Below, one piece after another: positions 20,762 to 29,721 of a stretch of 64,000 nucleotides of DNA (its first letter is position 1; each line of letters starts with the position of its first letter). The translations under genes and the position numbers were made by a program. Origin of the DNA: Alphaproteobacteria bacterium (lineage in GTDB: Bacteria > Pseudomonadota > Alphaproteobacteria > JABAAW01); the NCBI GenBank assembly GCA_014237925.1, contig JABACB010000005.1, positions 5,990-69,989 of the forward strand. The letters are read 5' to 3'. Below the pieces are notes generated by a model. It saw nothing but the letters and a program-made list of their open reading frames with translations, was not told the origin of the DNA and did not search any database.

Positions 20762-21070
20762 TCAGCCTGAGAACAAGAATTCCTTGAAGACGATCAAAAA
20801 GCCCAGCAACGCAAACCCCAATCCCATGATCGTAAAACCTCCGATCATCAATAGCCGCAATCCTTCGATCTTCCCTTCCAAGCCTTCCATCCTTCCTTCC
20901 ATTTTCTCCTCAAGCCTTTTTGTATCGGCAACGCTCGTCAGTCCGCGCGTGACCTCGCGGAACACATCGCACAAGGCAGCTGCCTGCTCTTCGTTCCATC
21001 CCCCTTGTTTCAACCGAGCGACAACCATTTCTGTGTCGAAGCTCGGTACTTCGTTCGATGTTTGCAACAT
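20762..21070 (-). CDS. Small coiled-coil, tail-anchored membrane protein (DUF1640-like architecture)
   Basis: 102 aa with KRLEEKMEGRMEGLEGKIEGL and a C-terminal TM helix (LLMIGGFTIMGLGFALLGFLIVF). Confidence 0.55.
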   Translation of the reverse strand: MLQTSNEVPSFDTEMVVARLKQGGWNEEQAAALCDVFREVTRGLTSVADTKRLEEKMEGRMEGLEGKIEGLRLLMIGGFTIMGLGFALLGFLIVFKEFLFSG

Positions 21071-21156
21071 CCGTCTCCCTTTTCGTCCCTTGCTTCTGTT
21101 CTCCTAATCCTCTTTCATCCTAGCCGCCGCATGAGGGAAGTCAAGAAAAAACAGTG

Positions 21157-21228
21157 CCAAAGGTTTTCCCAAAGGTTTTCCCAAAGGTTTTCCCCAAGGT
21201 TTTTCCAAAGGGTTTCCCAAAGTTTTTT
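21157..21228. repeat. 12-nt tandem repeat CCAAAGGTTTTC, 6 copies, ending 13 nt upstream of fabG
   Basis: Read directly. Units start at 21157, 21169, 21181, 21193, 21205 and 21217, and the last three are degenerate. Confidence 0.9.
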
Positions 21229-21240
21229 TTGTCTGTTAGA

Positions 21241-21987
21241 ATGCCCTCTATGGACTCCCTCTCTTCCAAACGAGCCCTCGTCACGGGTGCCAGCGGAGGC
21301 ATCGGCTCTGCCACTGCACGCCTGCTTGCAGCGCGCGGTGCCCAGGTTTTTTTGACGGGGCGCAACATCGCCAAGCTCAACAGTCTCAAGGAGGAGCTGG
21401 GCGGACAAGCTCAAGCCTATCCTTGCGACCTCTCCGATGCCGAGGAGCGAACTTCGCTCGCCAAGACCATTCTCGCCGAGCACGAGTCGCTCGACATTCT
21501 CGTCAACAACGCAGGGCAAGCCCAAGACGGACTCGCGCTCAACATGAAAGCCTCTGCTTGGAGAGAAGTTCTCGAAGTGAATCTCACGGGCGTCTTCCAC
21601 CTGACGCAACAATTTCTCCGTCCCATGCTGAAACAACGATGCGGCAGGATCGTCATGGTCGGATCGGTCGTAGGCTTCACAGGAAACAAGGGACAGACCA
21701 ACTACGCAACCTCCAAAGCCGGGCTTGTGGGGCTGGTGAAAAGCCTTGCGCAAGAGCTCGCCTCGCGCTCGATCACCGTCAATTGCGTGGCGCCTGGGTT
21801 CGTTGCGACCGCCATGACGGAAAACCTCTCTGAGCAAGTCAAACAACGGGTGCTCGAACAAATTCCGCTCGGACGCTACGCCACCAGCGAGGATATCGCT
21901 CATGCCGTGCTCTACTTCGCAAGCTCGGAATCTGCCTATACGACAGGACAAACGCTCCATGTCAACGGCGGCTTGGCGATGGTCTAA
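21241..21987 (+). CDS. fabG: 3-oxoacyl-[acyl-carrier-protein] reductase
   Basis: The RALVTGASGGIGSA Rossmann motif and the NYATSKAG catalytic motif. It lies upstream of acpP-fabF. The start is ATG 21241 or 21250. Confidence 0.92.
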   Translation: MPSMDSLSSKRALVTGASGGIGSATARLLAARGAQVFLTGRNIAKLNSLKEELGGQAQAYPCDLSDAEERTSLAKTILAEHESLDILVNNAGQAQDGLALNMKASAWREVLEVNLTGVFHLTQQFLRPMLKQRCGRIVMVGSVVGFTGNKGQTNYATSKAGLVGLVKSLAQELASRSITVNCVAPGFVATAMTENLSEQVKQRVLEQIPLGRYATSEDIAHAVLYFASSESAYTTGQTLHVNGGLAMV

Positions 21988-22127
21988 GGCGAAGATTCTG
22001 TGTCCGAAAATTCTATATTAATCGCTATATTTTAGCGTGGCGCTTTTTTGTTGTGCCGCGTTCGTTTCGTGCTAGTCTGCTCCGCAGTCTTTTTTGTTTT
22101 TCCCCCTTTTTGTGAAGGAGCCCCCCT

Positions 22128-22385
22128 ATGAGCAACACGCTAGAAAGAGTCAAGAAAATCGTCACCTCGCAGATCGATGTCGACGAATCCTTAGTCAAGG
22201 AGGAGGCGCGTTTCATCGAAGACCTCAACCTGGACAGCTTGGATACCGTCGAGCTTGTCATGGCGTTCGAAGAAGAATTCGACTGCGAGATCCCTGACAA
22301 CGAAGCCACAAAAATCTTGACGATCAAGGATGCCGTCACCTACATCGACGAACACAAGAAGGACGAACACAAGAAGAAAGACTGA
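22128..22385 (+). CDS. acpP: Acyl carrier protein
   Basis: [21 protein letters not shown] contains the phosphopantetheine attachment Ser. An unusual [11 protein letters not shown] tail comes from a 15-nt duplication. Confidence 0.95.
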   Translation: MSNTLERVKKIVTSQIDVDESLVKEEARFIEDLNLDSLDTVELVMAFEEEFDCEIPDNEATKILTIKDAVTYIDEHKKDEHKKKD

Positions 22386-22407
22386 CAAAACAGAGCATCT
22401 CCCCCAA

Positions 22408-22428
22408 GCACGAGAGCGAGGCTCGTGC
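22408..22428 (+). terminator. Stem-loop downstream of acpP (possible attenuator before fabF)
   Basis: GCACGAG-agcgagg-CTCGTGC followed by a T/C-rich tract. There is no strong U-run. Confidence 0.3.
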
Positions 22429-22587
22429 CTTCCTCTTGTACGCTCCGACTTCCTTGTCCTGATTCTTGTCTTGAAAGCCCCGTGTCGAGTTCTCTATCGA
22501 TAGGTAGCGTTGATTCTTGTAGCGGCTCCTTGCAATCGGGCTTTGCTAACGATGCGGTTCTCGGTGCGGTTCTCGATGCGGTTCTCG

Positions 22588-23976
22588 ATGCGTAGAGTCG
22601 TCGTTACCGGAATGGGAGTGGTGACTCCCTTAGGTAGCGTACTGGAAGAGGTGTGGCAGCGTCTTCTGTCGGGACAGAGCGGCATCGCTCAGGTCGTGAA
22701 GTTTCGCGCCGACGATTTTGCCTGCCGTATCGGCGGCGAAATTTTTGTCGCAGAAGAAATCGCCGAAAGAAGCAACGAAAAAAGTAACGAAAAGAGTGGC
22801 GAAGAAAGTAACGACGAAGAAAGTAACGACGAAGAAAGTAACGAAAAGAGTAGCGAAGGAAGCAAAGCACTGCCCTCCGATACCTCGAAAGGGAGCCGTT
22901 TTGCAAACGACCTGGGATTGACAGCGAAAGAACGTCGCCGTATGGATCCCTTTGTACAGTACGCGGTGGCTGCCGGCACGACGGCGATCGCCGATTCGGG
23001 ATATGTGCCTGCGACGGACGAGGCACGTTGTCGCGCGGGCGTTGTGATTGGCTCTGGCATCGGGGGGGTTCGTAGTTTTTCCGAGACGTCTCTTTTGTTG
23101 GAAAAGGAAGGAACACGGCGCATCGGCCCTTTCGTGTTGCCTTATTCGCTGATCAACATCTTGAGCGGAGAGGTGGCGATTCGTTTCGGCTTGCGCGGAC
23201 CGAACTATTCGGTTGTCAGCGCTTGTGCAACGGGGGCGCATGCTTTGGGCGAAGGCGCGCGTCTGATCGCTACGGACGATGCCGATGTCATGGTCGTAGG
23301 CGGAGCGGAATCGAGTGTCGAGCGTCTGAGTTTCAGCGTGTTTTCTGCCGTGCGTGCGCTTTCGACGGGCTACAACGAGCGTCCCGAAGAGGCGTCGAGA
23401 CCTTGGGACAAAGCGCGCGACGGCTTTGTGATGAGCGAGGGGGCGGGCGTGCTTGTGCTGGAGGAGTACGAGCATGCCAAGCGGCGCGGTGCGCGCGTCT
23501 ATGCGGAGCTGCGCGGGTACGGCTTGAGCGGCGATGCCTATCATATCACGGCGCCCGATCCTTCGGGCGACGGCCCTTTTCGAGCGATGCAACAGGCGTT
23601 TCGACGCGCGGGCTTGTCGGCAGAGCGCATAGGTTACGGCAACGCGCACAGCACTTCGACGCCTTTGGGCGACGACATCGAGTTGCGTACGATCGAGCGA
23701 ATCTATGCTTCGGCGGCGCAGGGCTTGAGCGTTTCTTCGACGAAATCGTCGCTCGGACACACTTTGGGCGCCGCCGGCGCGTTGGAGGCGATCTTTGCAA
23801 TCAAGACATTGCTTTCAGGCGACCTGCCGCCTACGCTGAACTTGTTCGACCCCAGCGTGGATACAGCCATCGATCGCGTCGCCTTGACGAGCAAACACAA
23901 GCGGCTGGAGGCGGTGTTCTCCAATTCGTTTGGCTTCGGCGGAACGAACGCATGCCTCGTCTTCGCTCGTTGTTGA
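22588..23976 (+). CDS. fabF: 3-oxoacyl-[acyl-carrier-protein] synthase II
   Basis: MRRVVVTGMGVVTPLG, the active-site SACATG, and the HSTSTPLGD and NSFGFGGTN motifs. It has an acidic Ser/Asn/Glu-rich insert at about 22768-22860. The start codon lies inside a 12-nt repeat. Confidence 0.93.
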   Translation: MRRVVVTGMGVVTPLGSVLEEVWQRLLSGQSGIAQVVKFRADDFACRIGGEIFVAEEIAERSNEKSNEKSGEESNDEESNDEESNEKSSEGSKALPSDTSKGSRFANDLGLTAKERRRMDPFVQYAVAAGTTAIADSGYVPATDEARCRAGVVIGSGIGGVRSFSETSLLLEKEGTRRIGPFVLPYSLINILSGEVAIRFGLRGPNYSVVSACATGAHALGEGARLIATDDADVMVVGGAESSVERLSFSVFSAVRALSTGYNERPEEASRPWDKARDGFVMSEGAGVLVLEEYEHAKRRGARVYAELRGYGLSGDAYHITAPDPSGDGPFRAMQQAFRRAGLSAERIGYGNAHSTSTPLGDDIELRTIERIYASAAQGLSVSSTKSSLGHTLGAAGALEAIFAIKTLLSGDLPPTLNLFDPSVDTAIDRVALTSKHKRLEAVFSNSFGFGGTNACLVFARC

Positions 23977-23988
23977 GCATGTGGGAAG

Positions 23989-24984
23989 GTGATGCGGATC
24001 TTTGCGCAATGGGTGGGTTTGGGGGTGGTCTTGCTCGCGTGTGGGCTTGCGGGCTGGGTTGCTTTCGAGATCACGCGCTCAGGTCCGCTTGGCGTGCGCA
24101 AGAACATCCTTTTTGCGCACGGCACCTCCCTTCAGGCGATCGGGGTGCTGCTCCAACAGGAGGGTATTGTCGACAGCGGTCGTCTCTTCGTTTGGACAGC
24201 GCGTTTGACGGGCAAGCAACACGGTTTGAAGGCAGGCGAATACACTTTCGAAAAGCGCTCCTCCTTGACGAGAGTCTTGGGACAGATGCGGCGTGGCGAG
24301 ACGGTACGCTACTCGGTCACAGTGCCTGAGGGGTTGACGGTGAGGCAGATCGAGCGCTTGCTGACACAAACCCTCCATGTGAAGGGCGACTTGGAGGTTT
24401 TGCCGCAGGAGGGAAGCCTTCTGCCTGACACTTACGCCTATCGCCGCGGAGAAAACATCGCCAAGATCGTCGAGCGCATGCGGCGTGCGATGGAGCAGTA
24501 TGTTTTGCATGCGTGGCGCGATCGCAGCGTCCATCCTTGGGCGCGTCGTTTTCTGAAGTCGGAGCGTGATGTGTTGATTTTCGCCTCTTTGGTCGAGCGC
24601 GAGACGGGAAGATCTTCCGAGCGCGGACATGTCGCCGGCGTTTTTTACAATCGTCTTCTGCGCGGCATGAAGCTGCAAACGGATCCGACGCTCGTCTATT
24701 GGGAGAGCAAAAAACTCGGCATCTTGGGACGAGGCTTGCGCAGGAGCGAGTTGTTGCGCGATCATCCGTACAACACCTATATTCACAAAGGATTGCCTCC
24801 TTCGCCGATTGCCAACCCCGGTCGTCTGTCGATCGAGGCTGCGTTGCATCCTGTCGAGAGCGACGACTTGTACTTTGTGGCAGACGGCGCGGGCGGGCAT
24901 CGTTTTGCCAAAACCTTTGCCGAGCATGCGCGCAATGTCGCCTTGTGGCGAAAGGTTGAGGCGAAGCGGCGTTCGAAACGATAG
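23989..24984 (+). CDS. mltG: Endolytic murein transglycosylase MltG (YceG family)
   Basis: An N-terminal TM anchor and the YceG core (ASLVERETGRSSERGHVAGVFYNRL...LQTDPTLVY...YNTYIHKGLPPSPIANPG). Confidence 0.9.
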   Translation: MMRIFAQWVGLGVVLLACGLAGWVAFEITRSGPLGVRKNILFAHGTSLQAIGVLLQQEGIVDSGRLFVWTARLTGKQHGLKAGEYTFEKRSSLTRVLGQMRRGETVRYSVTVPEGLTVRQIERLLTQTLHVKGDLEVLPQEGSLLPDTYAYRRGENIAKIVERMRRAMEQYVLHAWRDRSVHPWARRFLKSERDVLIFASLVERETGRSSERGHVAGVFYNRLLRGMKLQTDPTLVYWESKKLGILGRGLRRSELLRDHPYNTYIHKGLPPSPIANPGRLSIEAALHPVESDDLYFVADGAGGHRFAKTFAEHARNVALWRKVEAKRRSKR

Positions 24985-25006
24985 AGGATAGGGGATAGGG
25001 ATTGCC

Positions 25007-26182
25007 ATGCTTTCGCCGCGCACATTTTCGTCAAACGCCAAGGCTTTGAAGTCGAGGGAGATTTCACGCTCGAAGGGAGCTTCGGGCTCGGGGGATGGCG
25101 ATGTCGCTGCCGTTTCGTTTGTCGATGTGAACTTTTCGCACCAGGGGCGGTCGATCTTGAAGGACTTGTGTTTCGAGATTCCTGAGGGCAATGTCGTCTG
25201 CCTTTTGGGACCTTCGGGCTGCGGCAAGACGACGGTGTTGCGTCTGCTGGCGGGCTTGGAGTGTTGTGCGGCGGGAAAGATCCTTTTGGGCGGCGAGGAG
25301 GTCTGTTCGCGCGAGCGTTGTGTCGCGCCGGAGCTGCGCTGTTCGATAGGAATGGTCTTTCAGGATTTCGCCTTGTTTCCGCATATGACGGTCGGGGAGA
25401 ATCTGTCGCTGGCTTTTCGCGGCGGCGACGGCAAGGGGAGGGAGGGCGACGAGATCGCCTTTGTTTTGGCGATGGTCGAGCTGGAGGAATTCGCCAAGAG
25501 CTATCCGCAGCAGTTGTCGGGCGGACAGCAGCAGCGGGTAGCTTTGGCGCGTGCGTTGGTGTCTCGTCCTCGCTTGCTGTTGTTGGACGAGCCGTTTGCC
25601 AATTTGGATGTTCGTCTGCGCGACAGGATTCGCGATCGAACGTTGCATTGGATTCAGTCTGCGGAGTGCAGTGTGTTGCTGGTGACCCACGATGCGGAGG
25701 AGGGTATGTATATGTCCGATCGATTGCTGGTGCTGGACGAGGGCGGAAGGCTGGTGCAGAGCGGTGCGCCGTGTGCGATCTACGGCGCGCCGTGTAATGC
25801 GTATGTTGCCTCCTTGTTGAGCGAGGTGAATCGTTTCTCGGTCGCTGTGGAGGCGGGATATGCCATCACGCCGTTCGGGAGATTTCCTGTCGGCGTCGGC
25901 GGAGGTTCTGCCGAAGTGGTCGTTCGTCCGCAGTGCTTGCGTCTTTCGATGATGCTGCGGGGCGACGAGGCGGGCGAGGGGAGTTGTGTGGGCATTGTCG
26001 AGGCGTCGCGTATGATCGGCGGCGACAGCTTGGTTCATTTGTCGAGCTCCTTGAACGGGGGGAGAGTCCATTTGCACGCTCGTGCGGGGGGGTGCTTTTT
26101 GCCAGAGGTTGGCAGCAGGGTTTTGCTCTCGGTCGAGCGCAGCGATGTCTTGTTGTTTGCGGAGAATTGTGGTATGGGATAG
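25007..26182 (+). CDS. ABC transporter ATP-binding protein (PotA/FbpC/CysA-type importer ATPase) with no adjacent permease
   Basis: Walker A GPSGCGKTT, signature LSGGQQQRVALARAL, Walker B LLLLDEP, and a TOBE-like C-terminal region. Confidence 0.85.
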   Translation: MLSPRTFSSNAKALKSREISRSKGASGSGDGDVAAVSFVDVNFSHQGRSILKDLCFEIPEGNVVCLLGPSGCGKTTVLRLLAGLECCAAGKILLGGEEVCSRERCVAPELRCSIGMVFQDFALFPHMTVGENLSLAFRGGDGKGREGDEIAFVLAMVELEEFAKSYPQQLSGGQQQRVALARALVSRPRLLLLDEPFANLDVRLRDRIRDRTLHWIQSAECSVLLVTHDAEEGMYMSDRLLVLDEGGRLVQSGAPCAIYGAPCNAYVASLLSEVNRFSVAVEAGYAITPFGRFPVGVGGGSAEVVVRPQCLRLSMMLRGDEAGEGSCVGIVEASRMIGGDSLVHLSSSLNGGRVHLHARAGGCFLPEVGSRVLLSVERSDVLLFAENCGMG

Positions 26183-26218
26183 GGGGTGTTGTTTCACTTT
26201 GTTGCGGAGGATGGAGAG

Positions 26219-26416
26219 ATGGGTAGTTTCAGCATTTGGCATTGGCTGATCGTGTTGGCGGTTGCGGTTGTGTTGTTTGGGGGAGGCGGCAAGCTGTCGC
26301 GGTTGATGGGCGATTTCGGGCGGGGGTTGCGCGAGTTTCGTAGCAGTTTGGACGGCGAGAAGGAGAAAAAGCGCGTGCCTGAGGGAGAAAAGGGCAAGAC
26401 GAAGAAGAAGGGCTGA
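26219..26416 (+). CDS. tatA: Twin-arginine translocase subunit TatA
   Basis: [26 protein letters not shown]...FR; 65 aa. The ATG at 26219 was verified. Confidence 0.9.
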   Translation: MGSFSIWHWLIVLAVAVVLFGGGGKLSRLMGDFGRGLREFRSSLDGEKEKKRVPEGEKGKTKKKG

Positions 26417-26469
26417 GCGCGATTGCAGGGGGGCAGCCCAACGCATCCCGACAGGGGGCGCTCGAGCTC

Positions 26470-26862
26470 GACAAGCAGGGAGACAAGCGGGGAGACAAGA
26501 AGGGAGACAAGCAGAGCAAAGAGTCTCTCTACTTTAAAGAGTCTCTCTACAAAGAGTCTCCCTACGAAGAAGCGAAGATCCCGCGTCACACAGCAAAGCG
26601 CACGCTAGTGCGCTTTGCTATCCTTGAGCGCGGAACACAAAAAGAAGGGGCTGCGTGAAAAGATTGCGGAAGAAGGGTTGCGGAAGGGCTACGCGAGAGA
26701 AGGGGTTGCGAAGAAAGGATTGCGGAAGGGCTACGCGAGAAGGGGTTGCAGAAGCAAGAAGGGCTACGCGAAAAGGGGTTGCGCGTTCAAGCACGGCTTT
26801 TTAATCGACGCGCACCATCCCAGCTCTTCCTTGCCAGCTCTTCCTTGCCAGCTCTTCCTTGC
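26470..26862. repeat. Cluster of four different tandem-repeat families filling the tatA-tatB spacer
   Basis: GGGAGACAAGC(N), 12 nt, about 3.5 copies (26470-26513). AAAGAGTCTCTCTAC, about 3 copies (26518-26565). A complex 40-45-nt GGGTTGCG...GGCTACGCGAGA repeat (26640-26790). CCAGCTCTTCCTTG, 14 nt, 3 copies (26820-26862). Confidence 0.85.
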
Positions 26863-26894
26863 AATCTTCCCCTCTACCCCCTACAATCCGCCCC

Positions 26895-27593
26895 ATGTTT
26901 GACATCGGCTGGCAAGAACTCATCGTCCTCGGTGCTGTTGCACTCGTCGTCTTCCCGCCTAAGGAATTCCCGTCCCTTCTCAAAACCCTGATCTCGGTTA
27001 CCAACAAGGTCCGCGCCACAACCCAAGAGCTCCAACACCACATCCACAACTTCTCGAAAACACACCTTGAAGACTTCTCGTCAGAAACGGCTAAAGCACG
27101 AAACCTCATCCACGACTCCTCCAAACGAATCCAGCGGCAAATCGAAGACCTAGAAAACAGAGCCAAAGCCGCCACAAAAAGCTCTAAAAAAACTCTAAAA
27201 AAGTCCCCCGGAAAGTCCCCCGAAAAATCCTCCAAAGGCAAAACAACGACGCCCAAAGGTACGACCAAGATACCGCCCAAGACATCGACCAAGACATCGA
27301 CCAAGACATCGACCAAGATATCAAAAAAGAGTCACAACATCCTCCCCCCCAAGCCGAAAACCGCTGCCCTCCGCAAAACCACCTCGCCCTCCGCCAAACC
27401 TTCAGTGAAGCCCTCTGTCAACAAGCCTTCTGATAAACCCTCCGCCAAACCTTCAGTCGCCAAACCTTCAGTCAACAAGCCTTCAGTCGCCAAACCTTCA
27501 GTCGCCAAGCCTTCAGTCAACAAGCCTTCGCCCAAGTCCCCTGTCAAGTCTTCTGCCAAATCTTCTACCAAGTCTTCACTTTCGCAAACCTAA
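26895..27593 (+). CDS. tatB: Twin-arginine translocase subunit TatB with a long low-complexity tail
   Basis: MFDIGWQELIVLGAVALVVFPPKEFP N-terminus. The C-terminal ~110 aa are TKTS and KPSV(A/N) repeats encoded by 12-nt (27263-27322) and 15-nt (about 27393-27530) tandem repeats. Confidence 0.88.
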   Translation: MFDIGWQELIVLGAVALVVFPPKEFPSLLKTLISVTNKVRATTQELQHHIHNFSKTHLEDFSSETAKARNLIHDSSKRIQRQIEDLENRAKAATKSSKKTLKKSPGKSPEKSSKGKTTTPKGTTKIPPKTSTKTSTKTSTKISKKSHNILPPKPKTAALRKTTSPSAKPSVKPSVNKPSDKPSAKPSVAKPSVNKPSVAKPSVAKPSVNKPSPKSPVKSSAKSSTKSSLSQT

Positions 27594-27608
27594 AGCGATA
27601 CTTCAGCA

Positions 27609-28376
27609 ATGACCGACAACGCCAAACAAGACATCTTCTTTCACTTGCGAGAACTGCGACAACGACTGCTCGCAGCCCTCGCCATCTTCTTCCTCGCCTT
27701 CGTCGCCGCCTTCTTTTTTGCCAAACCCGTCTTCAACTTCCTCATGCAACCGCTCACCCGCCTGCTCGAAGACCAAGCCGGAAGAGGCATGATCTATACC
27801 GCCATGCAAGAACAATTTCTCACCGAAATCAAACTCGCCATGTTCACAGCCCTGCTCGTCGCCCTGCCCTTGATGTGCGCGCAGATATGGCTCTTCGTCG
27901 CCCCTGGTCTCTACAAGAACGAGAAAAATGCCGTCTGGCCCTTCATGCTCGCAACCCCCGTCCTCTTCTACCTCGGCGCGAGCTTCGTCTATTTTCTCGT
28001 CCTCCCCGTCGCTTGGAAGTTCTTCTTAGGCTTCGAACAAGCGAAAGACGCAAGCCACCTCGCCATCCGCCTGGAGCCCAAGGTAGGCGAATACCTCTCG
28101 CTCGTCATGCGGCTCGTGCTTGCCTTCGGCCTCTGCTTCGAGCTGCCCGTCCTGTTGATGCTGCTCGTCAAGGCAGGGATCACCACCGCAGAATCGCTGC
28201 GTCAAAAACGACGCTACGCCATTCTCATCGCCGTCGTCGTCGCCGCCATCCTCACGCCGCCAGACCCTCTGAGCCAAATCGCGCTCGCGCTGCCCGTTAT
28301 CCTGCTCTACGAGATATCGATCTGGGGCGCTGTGCTCATGGCGAAAGCCGCCAAACGAAGGGAACGGACACGCTGA
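27609..28376 (+). CDS. tatC: Twin-arginine translocase subunit TatC
   Basis: 255 aa, six TM helices, and HLRELRQRLL...PGLYKNEK...TPPDPLSQ motifs. Confidence 0.95.
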   Translation: MTDNAKQDIFFHLRELRQRLLAALAIFFLAFVAAFFFAKPVFNFLMQPLTRLLEDQAGRGMIYTAMQEQFLTEIKLAMFTALLVALPLMCAQIWLFVAPGLYKNEKNAVWPFMLATPVLFYLGASFVYFLVLPVAWKFFLGFEQAKDASHLAIRLEPKVGEYLSLVMRLVLAFGLCFELPVLLMLLVKAGITTAESLRQKRRYAILIAVVVAAILTPPDPLSQIALALPVILLYEISIWGAVLMAKAAKRRERTR

Positions 28377-28377
28377 C

Positions 28378-29721
28378 ATGCACGACATCAAAGCTTTGCG
28401 CGAGGCTCAAGAACATTTCGACGAAGGAATGCGCAAACGAGGAATAAATCATCAGGCGCAAGCTCTCGTGGCAAAGCACGACATTTGGAGGGAGGCGGTC
28501 AAGAGGCTGGAGAGCTTGCAAGCGGAGCGCAACGAGATCGCTCATTTTATCGCCGCCCTCACCAAGCAGCAGGACACGCAGAAGCTTGCAAAGACGACAA
28601 GCCGTGCCAAAGAGCTGAAGATTGCGATCGCCGAAGCAGAAGGCAAGGTTCGTGAGAAGGACGAGCAGTTGCAGCTTGCCTTGTCCTTGTTGCCGAACAT
28701 TCCCAGCCCCGATGTTCCCGAAGGCAAGGACGAGACAGAAAACAAGCTCTTGCGCGAGGTAGGCGAACTGCCGAGCTTTGCCTTTCCGCCCCGATCGCAC
28801 GACGACATCGGCGAGGGGTTAGGGCAACGAGAAGGGGTTCAACGAGAAGGAGGGAAGGCTGCAGAAGGAATGACAGCAGGCGAGATGGATTTTCCTCGTG
28901 CTGCCAAAGTGGCGGGTGCGCGTTTTTCGCTGCTCTACGGAAACTTGGCAAGGCTAGAGCGCGCGCTTGCGACCTTCATGCTCGATGTGCATACGAAGGA
29001 GTTCGGCTATACGGAGGTGTGCGCTCCTGTGTTGGTGCGCGAAGAAACCTTGTTCGGCTCGGGGCATCTGCCGAAGTTTCACGAGGATTTGTTCAAAACG
29101 GAAGACGGACGCTACCTGATCCCGACCGCCGAGACAGTTCTGACGGGCTTGCACGGCGGAGAGATCATGGACGAGGCGGAGCTGCCGAAACGCTATGTAG
29201 CGTGGACAAACTGCTTCCGCAAAGAGGCGGGGTCTGCGGGCAGAGATACGAAGGGCTTGTTGCGCTTGCATCAGTTTTCCAAGGTGGAACTGGTGAGCCA
29301 CACTAGCCCCGAAAAGTCTCACGAGGAGCATGAGCGCATGACGAACTGCGCAGAAGAGATCTTAAAGCGATTGGAACTGTCCTATCGCGTGATGCTGTTG
29401 TGCGCGGGCGACATGGGCTTTTCTGCCGAGAAAACTTACGATTTGGAGGTATGGATGCCGGCGCAAGGCGTCTATCGGGAGATTTCCAGTTGCTCCAACT
29501 GCGCAGCCTTCCAGTCGCGGAGGTTCAACTCTCGCTTTCGACGCAAGGGCGTGAAGGGAACGCAGTTTCCCCACGCGCTGAACGGGTCAGGTCTTGCGGT
29601 CGGGCGAACGATGGCTGCTCTGTTGGAAAACGGGCAACAGAAGGATGGGTCGGTGCGGCTGCCCGCGGTGTTGTGGAACTATATGGGAGGCATCAAGGCG
29701 TTGCAGAGCCGTCGGTCGTAG
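28378..29721 (+). CDS. serS: Serine--tRNA ligase
   Basis: An N-terminal coiled-coil arm and class II motifs (FRKEAGSAGRDTKGLLRLHQF, GSGLAVGRTMAALLEN). A short repeat insert (REGVQREGG) is present. Confidence 0.95.
   Translation: MHDIKALREAQEHFDEGMRKRGINHQAQALVAKHDIWREAVKRLESLQAERNEIAHFIAALTKQQDTQKLAKTTSRAKELKIAIAEAEGKVREKDEQLQLALSLLPNIPSPDVPEGKDETENKLLREVGELPSFAFPPRSHDDIGEGLGQREGVQREGGKAAEGMTAGEMDFPRAAKVAGARFSLLYGNLARLERALATFMLDVHTKEFGYTEVCAPVLVREETLFGSGHLPKFHEDLFKTEDGRYLIPTAETVLTGLHGGEIMDEAELPKRYVAWTNCFRKEAGSAGRDTKGLLRLHQFSKVELVSHTSPEKSHEEHERMTNCAEEILKRLELSYRVMLLCAGDMGFSAEKTYDLEVWMPAQGVYREISSCSNCAAFQSRRFNSRFRRKGVKGTQFPHALNGSGLAVGRTMAALLENGQQKDGSVRLPAVLWNYMGGIKALQSRRS

Noticed and set aside
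26615-26902. A 95-aa ORF (KGLRKGYAR-rich) in the tatA-tatB spacer
   Set aside because: The periodic amino-acid sequence is simply the translation of the tandem DNA repeats. There is no RBS or independent coding signal.
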